The position numbers and the translations under genes are program-made. From the IMG/VR virus record IMGVR_UViG_3300028886_000028, positions 64,001 to 128,000 of that record: 64,000 nucleotides of DNA. One strand, 5' to 3'. The notes under the pieces were generated by a model that ran no database searches, was not told the DNA's origin, and was given only the letters and a program-made list of their open reading frames with translations. The DNA comes from a virus (taxonomy: Duplodnaviria > Caudoviricetes). Position 1 is the stretch's first letter. The number at the start of each line of letters is the position of its first letter. This document shows positions 40,393 through 50,847 of this stretch, in pieces.

Positions 40393-43300
40393 ATGAAAAG
40401 GACTAAAGTAGGTAATATAGAGAATAACATTATATATGTTGAGCCTAATTATGTGTTTTCTACAGAGGAATATGGAATAAATGGGCTTAACACATATGAG
40501 TTTGCGCCTCCGCTTGAAGATTATAGTATTTTTGTAAATCTTGAAGTTGAAGTAAGAGGTAGAAATGTACAGTCTAGTAAATCATCTAATAATAGAAAAC
40601 TTATATTAAGTTTTGTAACAAACACAGATGGTTCTAGTGCTGTTAATTTCATGCAAGGTTCTAAAATTCCTATAGGAGAAAAAGGAGCTTCAATTAATTC
40701 TTTAACTACTAACTATACTGATATATTTCTTGGAGATTTAAAAAGAAACGGGCCTTCAACAGAAACATTCGGAATACAGTCAATTGATATTTCTTATAAT
40801 TCTTATATGGTTCCTGAAGTGACAATTGAATTCATAGATGTTCGTGGAGTTGCACTTTTTGCACAAAAAGAATATTATGAAACCAATAAAAATATAGATG
40901 AAGCCATAAACAGCAATAATAAAGAAGATATTGCAAATACTTTTTTCCAATGTTTTTTTACTTTCCCATATCCTAAATTTACTATATTAGTGAAAGGATT
41001 TTATGGGCAACCAGTTTCTTACGAATTAACTTGTGCTGATTTTAGAGCCAGATTCGATTCTAAAACAGGTAATTTCGCATGCACTGCAAAATTTGTAGGT
41101 TATCATTTTTCATTCCTTAATGACGTAATGATGAATGGTATTGTGGCAGCACCTTATTCTGATTACATAGGAGCAAGTTATTGGGAAGAAAGGAATTTTA
41201 AACTTATAGGAAACTCAGGCCAAGAAGTTAACTTGCCAAAAATAGGCTGGTTGCTCAATAAAATGAAAGATATTGAGGCTAATGCTATTAAAATGGCTCA
41301 ATCAGACCCGGCAGCACAAGAAAAAATAGAACTTGATAATAAAACTAACAGATACCAAAATATTGAAAGCGCTTATAATAAATTTGTTAACGAAATAGAT
41401 AGATTAGTTTTAGAGAAAAATGAAAGAGAAGATTTGTATTATAGAGTTAATACAGATAACGGTGCTTTAAGAGGCGCAGTAATGCTAACACCTACTGAAA
41501 ATGGTAAAGAATTTAGAGTGCATTTTGCTGATATATCAGGCCAAATAAAAGGCGTATATGATAGGCTTGAAAGTTTATTGGACGAATATAATAACGAATT
41601 TCCAAATGAGAAATTACCAAAACCAGACAGATTTTATGATAGCACACCAAGTCTAAGAATAACTGACCAAGGAAATGATGGTACTAAAGCCACAATGTAT
41701 ATTAAGGGTAATGAAGACATTAAAAATGACTACAAAAATCTTTTTGATGCTTTCAAAAAAGGCGTAGATGACGGTAATTTACAAGGCTATAATCCATTAT
41801 TAGATTATCGAAGTGTTTATTATTACAAAGATAATAAATTCGCGTCAACTCTTGAAGAATACAAAAAAAACAATGCAGAAAAAACAACAGATGTAGAGAA
41901 AAAAATAGAAAAAATAGTAGACACTGCTATATCTGAAGCATTGGGTTTTCATCCAACTGTAGAAAACATGACAAGAATTGTAATGGCTCATTTTGAGACA
42001 TTCGCAAGAATGATATTTAAAACTGCACAAATTATTTGTGATGAAAAACCATCTAGAACAATTAGGTCTTTAGGAGTTAGCGACGCTCGTGATATTAATG
42101 ATGTGCCAAATAAAGGCGGAAGTTACGATATTGTTGTGCCTCCATTCCCTAAAGTAGTCACTGAAGTCAAAAGAGAAAACTCAACAATTAGAGAAGAATC
42201 TTGGGTTGGAGATTATCCTGGAGATTTTAGAGAAAAAGATTTAGTACACGGCATTATTAATGGAGTTAAAGAGGTTGCAAAAGACATTGCCACATATGAA
42301 TCAACAGGAGATACGCCTTCTTATGGCGGTTCTGAAACCTCAAAAAACGCTGTTATGAGATTTCCACTATCACCAATTGATATGGTTGCAGATAGTAATC
42401 CTTATTTATCAGGTGGATACGACCCAAATGATGTTTCTTCATTGTTAGGACTTGTTGCTTTGAGAGCAATAAACATTTTTGGAATGACCAATTTTAAAGA
42501 TTGGGATTCTAATGCCAAGACAATTGGAGTAGCAGAAGCATATAATTTCCTTGATGACCATAAACTTAGTAAAGAAATGTTACAAAAACTTTCTAACATT
42601 TCTGGCGGCGATGTGGTATCTATGCTACAAGGTAATAGTAATGGTTTAATAAAGCGTCCTGGAGACGGTACTAAGCCTTGGCCTTGGAGTTTAGAGGTCA
42701 ACATAGGAAAAGATGGTATAATAGCCTCAAATGGCGATTTAAACGCTTGCAGAGTTAAGGCTGAGAAAAATGCTAATGGTACTGAGGTAGATGGCTTTTC
42801 TGTACCTTATCAAAGCCTTTCTTGGACTAATTACAAAAATGAAGTTTTAAGTTTTAATGGAAATAAAGCAGCTTGGTCTAACAATTACATTAACAGCAAG
42901 GGGTATGCTAATTTAACTAAAAATAATATTTTCACATTTGATACAAATATAAGTAGATTTTCTGCTATAGCAGAAGACCAATTAAAAGGATTAGATGGAA
43001 TTGATGTTTACCAAACAAAATTCACAAATGAATGTAAATACGATAAAGAAAAATACGAAAAAATTTTAAAAAATGCTGATAATGTTATTTCTTATGTCAT
43101 AGAGAATGCTTCTTCAATAGTTCCTTCTGATGGCTCATGTATGCTTCCAACATCAAAAAATGTATTTTCTAACAAATCTTTCGAGCATGGGTATAATTTA
43201 GATTATTTTAATGATGAATATCCCGGAGAAGGCTCAAGTGGACAATGGTGGTGGAAAGATGGATGGAAAGATAAAGATGGAAATGAAGTTAAAAGAAAAG

Positions 43301-46300
43301 CATCTGATGGATACGAAAAGTATTTGGATGTGTTAAACTCAAGAGAATTTACATTTACTGAATTTCCTGGCGTTAATAACGATTTAAGTATTTTAACAAG
43401 AGGACTCAGCAGTAGTCCTGCTAATTCAATTTTTGGAGAATTGCTATATTATAAACAAAAAAGCAAAAAAGATAAAGCATTATTGTTTTTAGCATCTCTA
43501 GGCTATGCTTTCGATTATAAAAAAATAATAGAGGACTATATCACAAATGATGATGTTACAATGTGTATTATTCCTTTGCCAGCAATAATGTTTATTGGCG
43601 CATTACTTTGGTCTGATACAGAAAAAAGTATAGTAAAACATTATAATACAAACTATTATAAAGAATCGTTAGAGTTATTAAACAATTTGAGGGGAGATGT
43701 AAAAAGAAGATTTATTGAAATTTTTGAAAATTGGGTTTTTGATGGTGTTGAAAACGATTCACTTTTACGTTCATTTGATGAAATGAGAGAAGGGTTGGAG
43801 TTATCATTTGAACATAAAGATAGAACTTATAGTGATTTTTTTAGGCTAATTCCGGAAATTGAAGATAAAGGATTGTTTGGAAATTCAAGAAGCGGAAAAC
43901 TTCGCTATTTAAATGAATCATATGATTCTATAATGGATTTACTAAAAGGTGAATTAAAAGATGATTTTTTTAGAAATTATATTACAATAGATGAAGATGT
44001 ATGCGGCAGTTCAGAAGATTTTACAAGGGGTATAAGATTAGGCAATAGGGATGGCGGACCAAGTTCTGTTCACGCCATTAATTTTGCTTTAGCCGGATGT
44101 GTTTTTTCTAAGAATAGTAAATATTTTAAAAACAATTCAAACACAAACGTTAATGTAAATATAGGCACTTTAGAATCGTTTTTTGATGGCTTTTTAGAAA
44201 AAATACATGAAGAAAACATATATGAAAATAATGAAACTAATTCACAAATATCACAAGCAAAAGAGCCTGATGACTCTAATACCGATATAAAAATAGGTAT
44301 ATACAGGTATTGTAAGATGATATATGATAAATGGCTCGCCGGGTTAACTGATGAGGAATTTGAAGAACAATGGACTATGAAATCTTTTTTTTCAGGAGAA
44401 GATAAGTATTTTTATTTCATTGATGCATTTTATAATATTACTGATTTCATACCAATCAATATTGGAGATTTTTGTGACCAAATAGTAAGTTGTTACAGGG
44501 ATGACCAATTTTCATTATTATCGTTTTTATCTAGCGTATATGCGAAGAATAAATTTAATTTCTTATGCGTACAAAATTTTATTGATTTAGGTAAAAGGGA
44601 AAACATGGAAAAAATGTTTGATACGGTTCCATATACAGAAAATTGGAGCATTAAAAGACATCCTAATTTCATAGTTATGTATCCATATGAATCATCTAAT
44701 TATCTTGATATTGAAAATGGAGAATATGAAAATGATGGCTTTTTAATTAATCAGCCTAATAGTGTTAGAAATAAATGGCCTGAACCTTTAACTTCAAGGA
44801 ACGCTAATTCAAGTATAAGGTATAGTATTCCTGCATTTGGTGTGTCATATGGAAAAATGTATCAGAGTTATTTCAAAGATATAGATATATCTATGGATAA
44901 CCCTACAGTAACTGAACAATCTATAAAGGCTCAATTTGCTATAGCTTGTCAGAATAATACAGGAGAACAAACCGGTGACCGTGCTAAATTGTACACATAT
45001 GGTCAAGATTTATATTCAATATATTCAAACAACTCTTACACTTGTAACGTTACTATGATGGGCTGCGCTTGGATTCAGCCACTTATGTATTTTGTTTTGA
45101 ACAACATACCAATGTTTAGAGGAACATATTTAATAGAAAAAGTCACCCATCATATAGAGCCCGGAAATATGATTACTAAATTTATGGGGGTAAGAATGTC
45201 TAACGTTTGCACAAGAATAGCTCGTGAAGAAGCAATAAGAGAAAGGAATAACCAAACAGGCAATGGAGAAGCCAATGGCACATATACATCAGTAAGGGAA
45301 AAAATGGCAAGCGTAGATAATGATTGCCCATATAAGGAATATCCTTTAACATTTGATGAAGGTTATCTTGAATTATCTGAAGATGTCGCATCTAACGCAA
45401 ATCAAATAATGAAAGCTATTATGCTAAGAGGCTATACTAAAGCACAAGCGGCAGGGATAGTTGGAAATATGCAAGTTGAATCTCCCGGTTTAAACCCAAA
45501 AACTGTTGTTTGCGACACATCAGGATATTTAAGCGGAGGATTGTGTATGTGGCACAAGCATTCTTTAGCTGCTTTAATTAATAGAGACCCTAAAAATGTA
45601 TCACAAGTTGTTCATGGGGAAGGTTATCCTTGTGATAGTACCGATAAAAATGAAATATCAGCAAACTTACCTGATGGAGCATATCAAGTGAAATTCCTTT
45701 TAGACTCTTTAGAAGAAAATTCTTATCTACTTATAAATAGAAATGTTAAACCTTTATTAGAAGCAGAATCTTCCCCAGAAGGAGCAGCGGCTGTATTTGC
45801 AGACAAATTCGAAGCTTGCGGCGGGTGCAGTAATACTAATAGCAAAACTGTCAAAGAAAGAATGAAAAATGCCAGAATGTTTTATGATAATTATAGTGAG
45901 CCTAATGCGCCTAAAATTGAGAAAAACTCTGACAATCATATATCAGATTTAGCTAATGGATTTTTACACGCTTTAAATAAAACGGCAGCAGCATCTTCAA
46001 ATTCAGTAGAAATTGGAATTGATTCTAAAAAAAGTAATGGAGATACCATATGGTTGACTAACGCGAAAAATAGTAGTGATTTCAGTTCAGTATTAGATAT
46101 GATATTATCTGCATACAGTGAAAAAGTTTCTAACATTAATTGGATTTTACCAGGTGATGGACAAACTCAAAATTCTATACCGTCTGCTTATTTGGTTACA
46201 GTTAAAGAAGGAAGTAAATCTGTTAATATAAAAGTAACATCTGAAAACTATCCAAATACTGAAATTAAACCTAAAGGCAGTAATGCGGCAGGAATACACA

Positions 46301-47019
46301 TTTCAAAAGGTAATGATAATGGAGGTATTCATCAACATTTTTGTAAGGCGCTTGTTAAAGCATATAAATCGCCAACAGAAGAACTTAAAAAAGACACTAA
46401 CAATAATATTGATGATTATAATGCATTGTTTATTGATGAAAAATATAAGTTACAAAATTGTAATGAAGCAATGGCAAACGCAGGATTAATTGAAGGAAGT
46501 ACAGGTGGAGAAGAAAATGAAACCGGCTATATTGGTGATTGGAATGTTGGTTTGTTTGTACAAAAGTTGTATTATTGGCAGGCTAATATATGCGAAAAAA
46601 GAGAAGATGGTAAAAGAAAAAATAGAGTAAGTAGAAAGAAAATATGCTCACCGCATTCTGAAGACTGCGGTTGTGGATGGTGTACAGGAGCAGTTAATAG
46701 AGCATTACGTGATTCTGGTTTTGGAGATAAATATTGGGCAGAATTCCCTTGGCAAGTATATGAAAAAATGAAAAGTGAAAATAGTGATTTTGTAGAAGTA
46801 AGGGGTGCTCAGTCTGTTACCAATAAAACTGAATTCCAACTTGGAAAAATTAATAAAGGAGATATATGTGTTATGTGGTCTAAAGATAAATCTACACATT
46901 TCCATACTTGTGCATATGATGGCTCTAATTGGTATTCTGATTTTAAACAAAATTCATGCAACGTATATAGAAGCAGTAATGCGTGTTCTATGGAATGGCA
47001 TCTTTTCAGACACAAATAA
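40393..47019 (+). CDS. Giant baseplate hub/tail-associated lysin with phage tail lysozyme and CHAP/NlpC-like amidase domains
   Basis: Hub-like F.GTY.I..V.H.I.PG.M.T; lysozyme GYTKAQAAGIVGNMQVES.GLNP...GLCMW; C-terminal GWCTGAVNRAL...GDI...H.....G..W.SDFKQ. Confidence 0.8.
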   Translation: MKRTKVGNIENNIIYVEPNYVFSTEEYGINGLNTYEFAPPLEDYSIFVNLEVEVRGRNVQSSKSSNNRKLILSFVTNTDGSSAVNFMQGSKIPIGEKGASINSLTTNYTDIFLGDLKRNGPSTETFGIQSIDISYNSYMVPEVTIEFIDVRGVALFAQKEYYETNKNIDEAINSNNKEDIANTFFQCFFTFPYPKFTILVKGFYGQPVSYELTCADFRARFDSKTGNFACTAKFVGYHFSFLNDVMMNGIVAAPYSDYIGASYWEERNFKLIGNSGQEVNLPKIGWLLNKMKDIEANAIKMAQSDPAAQEKIELDNKTNRYQNIESAYNKFVNEIDRLVLEKNEREDLYYRVNTDNGALRGAVMLTPTENGKEFRVHFADISGQIKGVYDRLESLLDEYNNEFPNEKLPKPDRFYDSTPSLRITDQGNDGTKATMYIKGNEDIKNDYKNLFDAFKKGVDDGNLQGYNPLLDYRSVYYYKDNKFASTLEEYKKNNAEKTTDVEKKIEKIVDTAISEALGFHPTVENMTRIVMAHFETFARMIFKTAQIICDEKPSRTIRSLGVSDARDINDVPNKGGSYDIVVPPFPKVVTEVKRENSTIREESWVGDYPGDFREKDLVHGIINGVKEVAKDIATYESTGDTPSYGGSETSKNAVMRFPLSPIDMVADSNPYLSGGYDPNDVSSLLGLVALRAINIFGMTNFKDWDSNAKTIGVAEAYNFLDDHKLSKEMLQKLSNISGGDVVSMLQGNSNGLIKRPGDGTKPWPWSLEVNIGKDGIIASNGDLNACRVKAEKNANGTEVDGFSVPYQSLSWTNYKNEVLSFNGNKAAWSNNYINSKGYANLTKNNIFTFDTNISRFSAIAEDQLKGLDGIDVYQTKFTNECKYDKEKYEKILKNADNVISYVIENASSIVPSDGSCMLPTSKNVFSNKSFEHGYNLDYFNDEYPGEGSSGQWWWKDGWKDKDGNEVKRKASDGYEKYLDVLNSREFTFTEFPGVNNDLSILTRGLSSSPANSIFGELLYYKQKSKKDKALLFLASLGYAFDYKKIIEDYITNDDVTMCIIPLPAIMFIGALLWSDTEKSIVKHYNTNYYKESLELLNNLRGDVKRRFIEIFENWVFDGVENDSLLRSFDEMREGLELSFEHKDRTYSDFFRLIPEIEDKGLFGNSRSGKLRYLNESYDSIMDLLKGELKDDFFRNYITIDEDVCGSSEDFTRGIRLGNRDGGPSSVHAINFALAGCVFSKNSKYFKNNSNTNVNVNIGTLESFFDGFLEKIHEENIYENNETNSQISQAKEPDDSNTDIKIGIYRYCKMIYDKWLAGLTDEEFEEQWTMKSFFSGEDKYFYFIDAFYNITDFIPINIGDFCDQIVSCYRDDQFSLLSFLSSVYAKNKFNFLCVQNFIDLGKRENMEKMFDTVPYTENWSIKRHPNFIVMYPYESSNYLDIENGEYENDGFLINQPNSVRNKWPEPLTSRNANSSIRYSIPAFGVSYGKMYQSYFKDIDISMDNPTVTEQSIKAQFAIACQNNTGEQTGDRAKLYTYGQDLYSIYSNNSYTCNVTMMGCAWIQPLMYFVLNNIPMFRGTYLIEKVTHHIEPGNMITKFMGVRMSNVCTRIAREEAIRERNNQTGNGEANGTYTSVREKMASVDNDCPYKEYPLTFDEGYLELSEDVASNANQIMKAIMLRGYTKAQAAGIVGNMQVESPGLNPKTVVCDTSGYLSGGLCMWHKHSLAALINRDPKNVSQVVHGEGYPCDSTDKNEISANLPDGAYQVKFLLDSLEENSYLLINRNVKPLLEAESSPEGAAAVFADKFEACGGCSNTNSKTVKERMKNARMFYDNYSEPNAPKIEKNSDNHISDLANGFLHALNKTAAASSNSVEIGIDSKKSNGDTIWLTNAKNSSDFSSVLDMILSAYSEKVSNINWILPGDGQTQNSIPSAYLVTVKEGSKSVNIKVTSENYPNTEIKPKGSNAAGIHISKGNDNGGIHQHFCKALVKAYKSPTEELKKDTNNNIDDYNALFIDEKYKLQNCNEAMANAGLIEGSTGGEENETGYIGDWNVGLFVQKLYYWQANICEKREDGKRKNRVSRKKICSPHSEDCGCGWCTGAVNRALRDSGFGDKYWAEFPWQVYEKMKSENSDFVEVRGAQSVTNKTEFQLGKINKGDICVMWSKDKSTHFHTCAYDGSNWYSDFKQNSCNVYRSSNACSMEWHLFRHK

Positions 47020-47043
47020 TTTCCTTTTTTAAAAATTTTCTTG

Positions 47044-47051
47044 TATATTTG
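47044..47051 (+). promoter_or_regulatory. Bacteroidota-type -7 promoter element
   Basis: TATATTTG 18 nt upstream of 47069. Confidence 0.65.
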
Positions 47052-47068
47052 TTGAAAAACATAAGAAA

Positions 47069-47662
47069 ATGAAAAAATTAGGATATATTGTTTCCGATAG
47101 AAAAATTAATAATGCAAAGGATTTCGTTGAGGTGGTTAATGATATTTCATTAGTGGACTCAACGAAACCTGTTTTATTAGTTGGCATCGAAAATGCCAAG
47201 AAAAATATAAAAAATTTTTCTATTTTAGAAAAAAAAGTTAATGATAATCTTTTTTGGACATTTAAAAAAATAGAAAAAAGGGTTGACTTTGAAAATGATA
47301 TAAATTATTTTTATAAATATATTATATATAATATTACTAGTAATATAAAGTATTATTATATTAATATATTAAATTTAAAATATAATAAAATAAAAAAATT
47401 ATATAATATATTATTTTCTAGTGAAAAAAAATATATTTATATTAGTAATAATATGCTTTATGTATTATATAACGGAAGCGTTTTAGGTATATCAATTTCA
47501 ATTCTTGAATACATTAATATTGATATTAAAAAATTCTTTAGGAAATTATATTCAAATAAAGAAAATATAATTTGTACAAACGCATCTGAATGCGTAAAAA
47601 GCATTAAGTCTGAAATAGGAAATAAAAAATACGTTATACCGTATTTTATGTCAATACTTTGA
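47069..47662 (+). CDS. Hypothetical protein
   Basis: 197-aa ORF, extremely AT-rich. Confidence 0.7.
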   Translation: MKKLGYIVSDRKINNAKDFVEVVNDISLVDSTKPVLLVGIENAKKNIKNFSILEKKVNDNLFWTFKKIEKRVDFENDINYFYKYIIYNITSNIKYYYINILNLKYNKIKKLYNILFSSEKKYIYISNNMLYVLYNGSVLGISISILEYINIDIKKFFRKLYSNKENIICTNASECVKSIKSEIGNKKYVIPYFMSIL

Positions 47663-47666
47663 AATA

Positions 47667-48080
47667 ATGTTAACAAAAAAAGGTGTTATAATAAGTACAT
47701 TTGTAGCAAAAAACAGAATACTTTCGTTTTTAGAAATGCTTAAATACAAATTTGGGATAAAATTAGATAAAACTTTTGTATATTCTATAAGTACAAATGA
47801 AAAAGAATATCTAGTCACATTCAAAACATTTAATAAAAATAAATTTATAAAAAAACTTCCAAATTCAACTATTATGCATGTAAAAAACGGATGTTTGTTC
47901 TCAATTAATGCACTTAACAGGTTGATTGAAATTGATAATAATTTTGATAAAGATAAGCCTTACAATGAAGTTGAAATAGATTGGGATTTTTATAAGGATA
48001 AACTTATAATTTTAACAAATGGTATTCTAAATATCTACAGTTTGTCAAAAATAGAGGATAAATGCTCTTTTTTGGCTTAA
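47667..48080 (+). CDS. Hypothetical phage protein
   Basis: 137-aa ORF (LFSINALNRLI motif). Confidence 0.7.
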   Translation: MLTKKGVIISTFVAKNRILSFLEMLKYKFGIKLDKTFVYSISTNEKEYLVTFKTFNKNKFIKKLPNSTIMHVKNGCLFSINALNRLIEIDNNFDKDKPYNEVEIDWDFYKDKLIILTNGILNIYSLSKIEDKCSFLA

Positions 48081-48112
48081 AATGATATTTATATATATAA
48101 ATTATTAATATT

Positions 48113-48424
48113 ATGGCTTTTATAATTAAGAAATCTCAAAGCGTCAAACCACAGCAAAAAAACGCTAGCAGAAAACGCGAAGAAATTATTAAAAAAGAAA
48201 CAGTTAAGCCAATAGAAAAAAAAGAGGCAACTGTTGAAGAAAATAAAGACAAAAAAAAAGAAATAATTAAAGTTATGGATAAAATTTCAACTATAGAATC
48301 AATAGTAAATAACACCCCAAATAAGGATGTTAAGAGAATAAAAAGAGATAAGGGATTAATAGAAAGAACAGAAAGTTCAAAAACAATTTTAACTGAAGAT
48401 AATAAACAGCTTTTAGTGGATTAA
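48113..48424 (+). CDS. Lys/Glu-rich hypothetical late protein
   Basis: TATTTAT at 48086-48092 upstream. Confidence 0.65.
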   Translation: MAFIIKKSQSVKPQQKNASRKREEIIKKETVKPIEKKEATVEENKDKKKEIIKVMDKISTIESIVNNTPNKDVKRIKRDKGLIERTESSKTILTEDNKQLLVD

Positions 48425-48436
48425 TAGCATATAATA

Positions 48437-49267
48437 ATGGCAAACTACAAGTATTTAAAAGAAAATAATCTTTTTGAGGCTCATATGAGATATATGAGAG
48501 CATTGGGAGAATCATTTGCGCCTATAGAAGAAGCTGATAATGACCAAAACCAGCAGCAAAACCAACAAGGAGCAGGAATGCCACCGGCACCTGGGTCTGA
48601 CCCAATGGGTGGCGGACAAGACCCAATGATGGGTGGAGTTCCCGGTGGGGCAATGCCTGGACCTGACCCTATGGCAGGAGGAGCACCTGGTTCAGATAAC
48701 GGTGGTATGCCAGACCCAAATGCAGACCCAAATGGAGCAATGCCTGGTGCTGACCCAATGGGCGGTCCTGACCCTATGGCAGATGAAGGGATAGAAGAAG
48801 ACGAGCCTAAAGAGGATGATGAAGTTATTGATGTTGACGATTTAACTGATGCACAGGAAAAGGTAAATGATAAGGTAAATTCTGTTGGAAGAGATTTAGG
48901 AAAGGTAGACGCTAGAATAGAAAAACTTATAGGCGCAATAGAAACATTGCAAAGTATGTTTGACAAGAACAATCAAGAAATTGCAGACCTTAAAACAGAA
49001 TTTGAAAAGAGAAACCCAACGCAGACAGAAAAGTTAAATCTTCGCTCATTAGATTCTTATCCATTTAAAGTTAGGCCTACTGATTATTGGAAAGATAAAG
49101 CCGAAAATAGTAATTACTCTGCATATGCAGATAATCAGGAGCCTACAACTCAAGAATATGTAATAACAAATGATGATGTTGATGATTTTAACGAAAGAGA
49201 AATAGCAGATACTTTTTCTATTACAGATGATTTGGAACAAAACATAAAAAAAATATTTGGCATATAG
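48437..49267 (+). CDS. Putative prohead scaffold/core protein with Pro-Gly-Met low-complexity region
   Basis: LKE/LFE/LGE/IEE sites, DPMGG repeats, an acidic linker and a coiled coil. Confidence 0.55.
   Translation: MANYKYLKENNLFEAHMRYMRALGESFAPIEEADNDQNQQQNQQGAGMPPAPGSDPMGGGQDPMMGGVPGGAMPGPDPMAGGAPGSDNGGMPDPNADPNGAMPGADPMGGPDPMADEGIEEDEPKEDDEVIDVDDLTDAQEKVNDKVNSVGRDLGKVDARIEKLIGAIETLQSMFDKNNQEIADLKTEFEKRNPTQTEKLNLRSLDSYPFKVRPTDYWKDKAENSNYSAYADNQEPTTQEYVITNDDVDDFNEREIADTFSITDDLEQNIKKIFGI
48577..48782 (+). repeat. Coding low-complexity repeats (GACCCAATG / DPM-G)
   Basis: Multiple GACCC(A/T)ATGG and ATGCCTGG units. Confidence 0.7.
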
Positions 49268-49270
49268 TAA

Positions 49271-49756
49271 ATGAAGATTATAATTAATGAAGAACAAGTA
49301 AAATTTTTAAATGAAGACATAAGCACCATTGGCGAAGTTTCTTATAATTTAAAGGAATCTATTGCTATATGGTGCTTAATGAATGATTTTAGGTTTTTTA
49401 TTCCTAACAATATTTTTGGCAGCAAAATAAGTGTTGCCAATAGCGAACAAATTAATAGGGAAATTTGTTCTGATATTATGAATGGAGAAATTATGCCGGC
49501 AGATGATGAAAAAGAACTGTTTGGGCATAATGATTATGATGATTTTGAAGATGGTGACGATGAAAGAGAAGAATTTATGAACAGCAATAAAATATATAAA
49601 GTTCAATATGGTGAAGAAGAATATTATATAGAAGTTGCTAGCGATATATATGAATATAGTGGAGAAATGATTTTAGAAAAATATATTGATAAAGAATTAG
49701 ATGATACTGTATGGTATTATGATTCTATTGACTGGTTTTTTAAAAAATTTAAATAA
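49271..49756 (+). CDS. Acidic hypothetical protein with leader MKIIINEEQVKFLNED
   Basis: Leader similar to those of 10886, 12121 and 54278. Confidence 0.7.
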   Translation: MKIIINEEQVKFLNEDISTIGEVSYNLKESIAIWCLMNDFRFFIPNNIFGSKISVANSEQINREICSDIMNGEIMPADDEKELFGHNDYDDFEDGDDEREEFMNSNKIYKVQYGEEEYYIEVASDIYEYSGEMILEKYIDKELDDTVWYYDSIDWFFKKFK

Positions 49757-49783
49757 AAGTTTTTATTTTTAACATTTTTTTTG

Positions 49784-49791
49784 TATATTTG
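49784..49791 (+). promoter_or_regulatory. Bacteroidota-type -7 promoter element for the SSB-TK-UvsX operon
   Basis: TATATTTG within TTTTTAACATTTTTTTTGTATATTTGTAA. Confidence 0.7.
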
Positions 49792-49841
49792 TAATATAGA
49801 ATTTAAGTGCCGCATGGCACATTTTTAATAATTTTTAATTT

Positions 49842-50831
49842 ATGGAAGAAAAAGTTTTAACAGCAAACATTGATGCAGATGCTGTAGCAGAGCAGTATGA
49901 AAAAGAACACACAACTACAGTTTCAACAAAAAAGAAAACAGAATTTAATGAAAAAAATTATCTTCAGGCAAGATTAAAACCTGGAGAAAAATCAAAATCT
50001 TTAACAATTAGGTTATTACCTTTTTCCACAGAAGGCGGTAGCCCTTTCAAGAAAGTTTTTATTCATACAGTTAAAGTCAACAAGGAATTAAGTCCCGGAG
50101 GTTGGCGTACTTTCGTATGCCCCACTAATAACAAGATGGGCGATAGATGCCCATTTTGTGAAGTTTCTGCTGAAGCTAAAAAATTGAGATTTGAAGCATC
50201 AACAGAAATTGAGAAGAAGAAATTTGGTGACGTTGAATTTATGAACAGGGCAAAGGCTGCATGGATTGTAAGGTGCGTTGAAAGAGGTCATGAAGATGAT
50301 GGGGTTAAGTTTTGGCTTTTTAATGATTCTAAGTCTCAAAAAGGCGTTTATAACGACATTATGAACATTTATTTTGAAAGGAAAAAAGCAGCAGAGAGAA
50401 AAGGTAAAGACTGTAATATATTTGACCTTAATGACGGCAAGGATTTAATAATTACTCTTTCAAAAGATGAAAATGGTAAAACTGTAACTAAGGTTGTTGA
50501 TGATGACGAAAGAACGCCGTTAAGTGAAAGTTATGAGCAATCAATGGCTTGGATTACTGATTCTAAGCAATGGAACGAGGTATATACAGTTAAACCATAT
50601 GAATATATGGAAATAGTTGCAAAAGATGGAGTCCCGGTTTTTGACAAAAATAAAAATAGATACGTTGATAAATTTGAAAAAATAGAAGAGGACAAAAAAG
50701 CAGCAGAAGAAGAACTAAAAGAAAATTTAACTGAGCATACAAAGGATTTTTCTGATTTCCCAAAAGAAGAGCAAAAAACAGATGATTTTGGAGGTATAAT
50801 AATTGATGGCGAAGATGATTTGCCGTTTTAA
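49842..50831 (+). CDS. Single-stranded DNA-binding protein (T4 gp32-like)
   Basis: IRLLP, H...CP......CPFC zinc ligands, VKFW, D.N.GKD, acidic tail EDDLPF. Confidence 0.85.
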   Translation: MEEKVLTANIDADAVAEQYEKEHTTTVSTKKKTEFNEKNYLQARLKPGEKSKSLTIRLLPFSTEGGSPFKKVFIHTVKVNKELSPGGWRTFVCPTNNKMGDRCPFCEVSAEAKKLRFEASTEIEKKKFGDVEFMNRAKAAWIVRCVERGHEDDGVKFWLFNDSKSQKGVYNDIMNIYFERKKAAERKGKDCNIFDLNDGKDLIITLSKDENGKTVTKVVDDDERTPLSESYEQSMAWITDSKQWNEVYTVKPYEYMEIVAKDGVPVFDKNKNRYVDKFEKIEEDKKAAEEELKENLTEHTKDFSDFPKEEQKTDDFGGIIIDGEDDLPF

Positions 50832-50847
50832 AAAAAAATCATTTTAG

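Noticed and set aside
21393-47019. Bacterial contractile injection system (eCIS/tailocin) rather than a phage
   Set aside because: Phage replication genes, neck proteins and a long tape measure are interleaved, and no bacterial housekeeping context is present.
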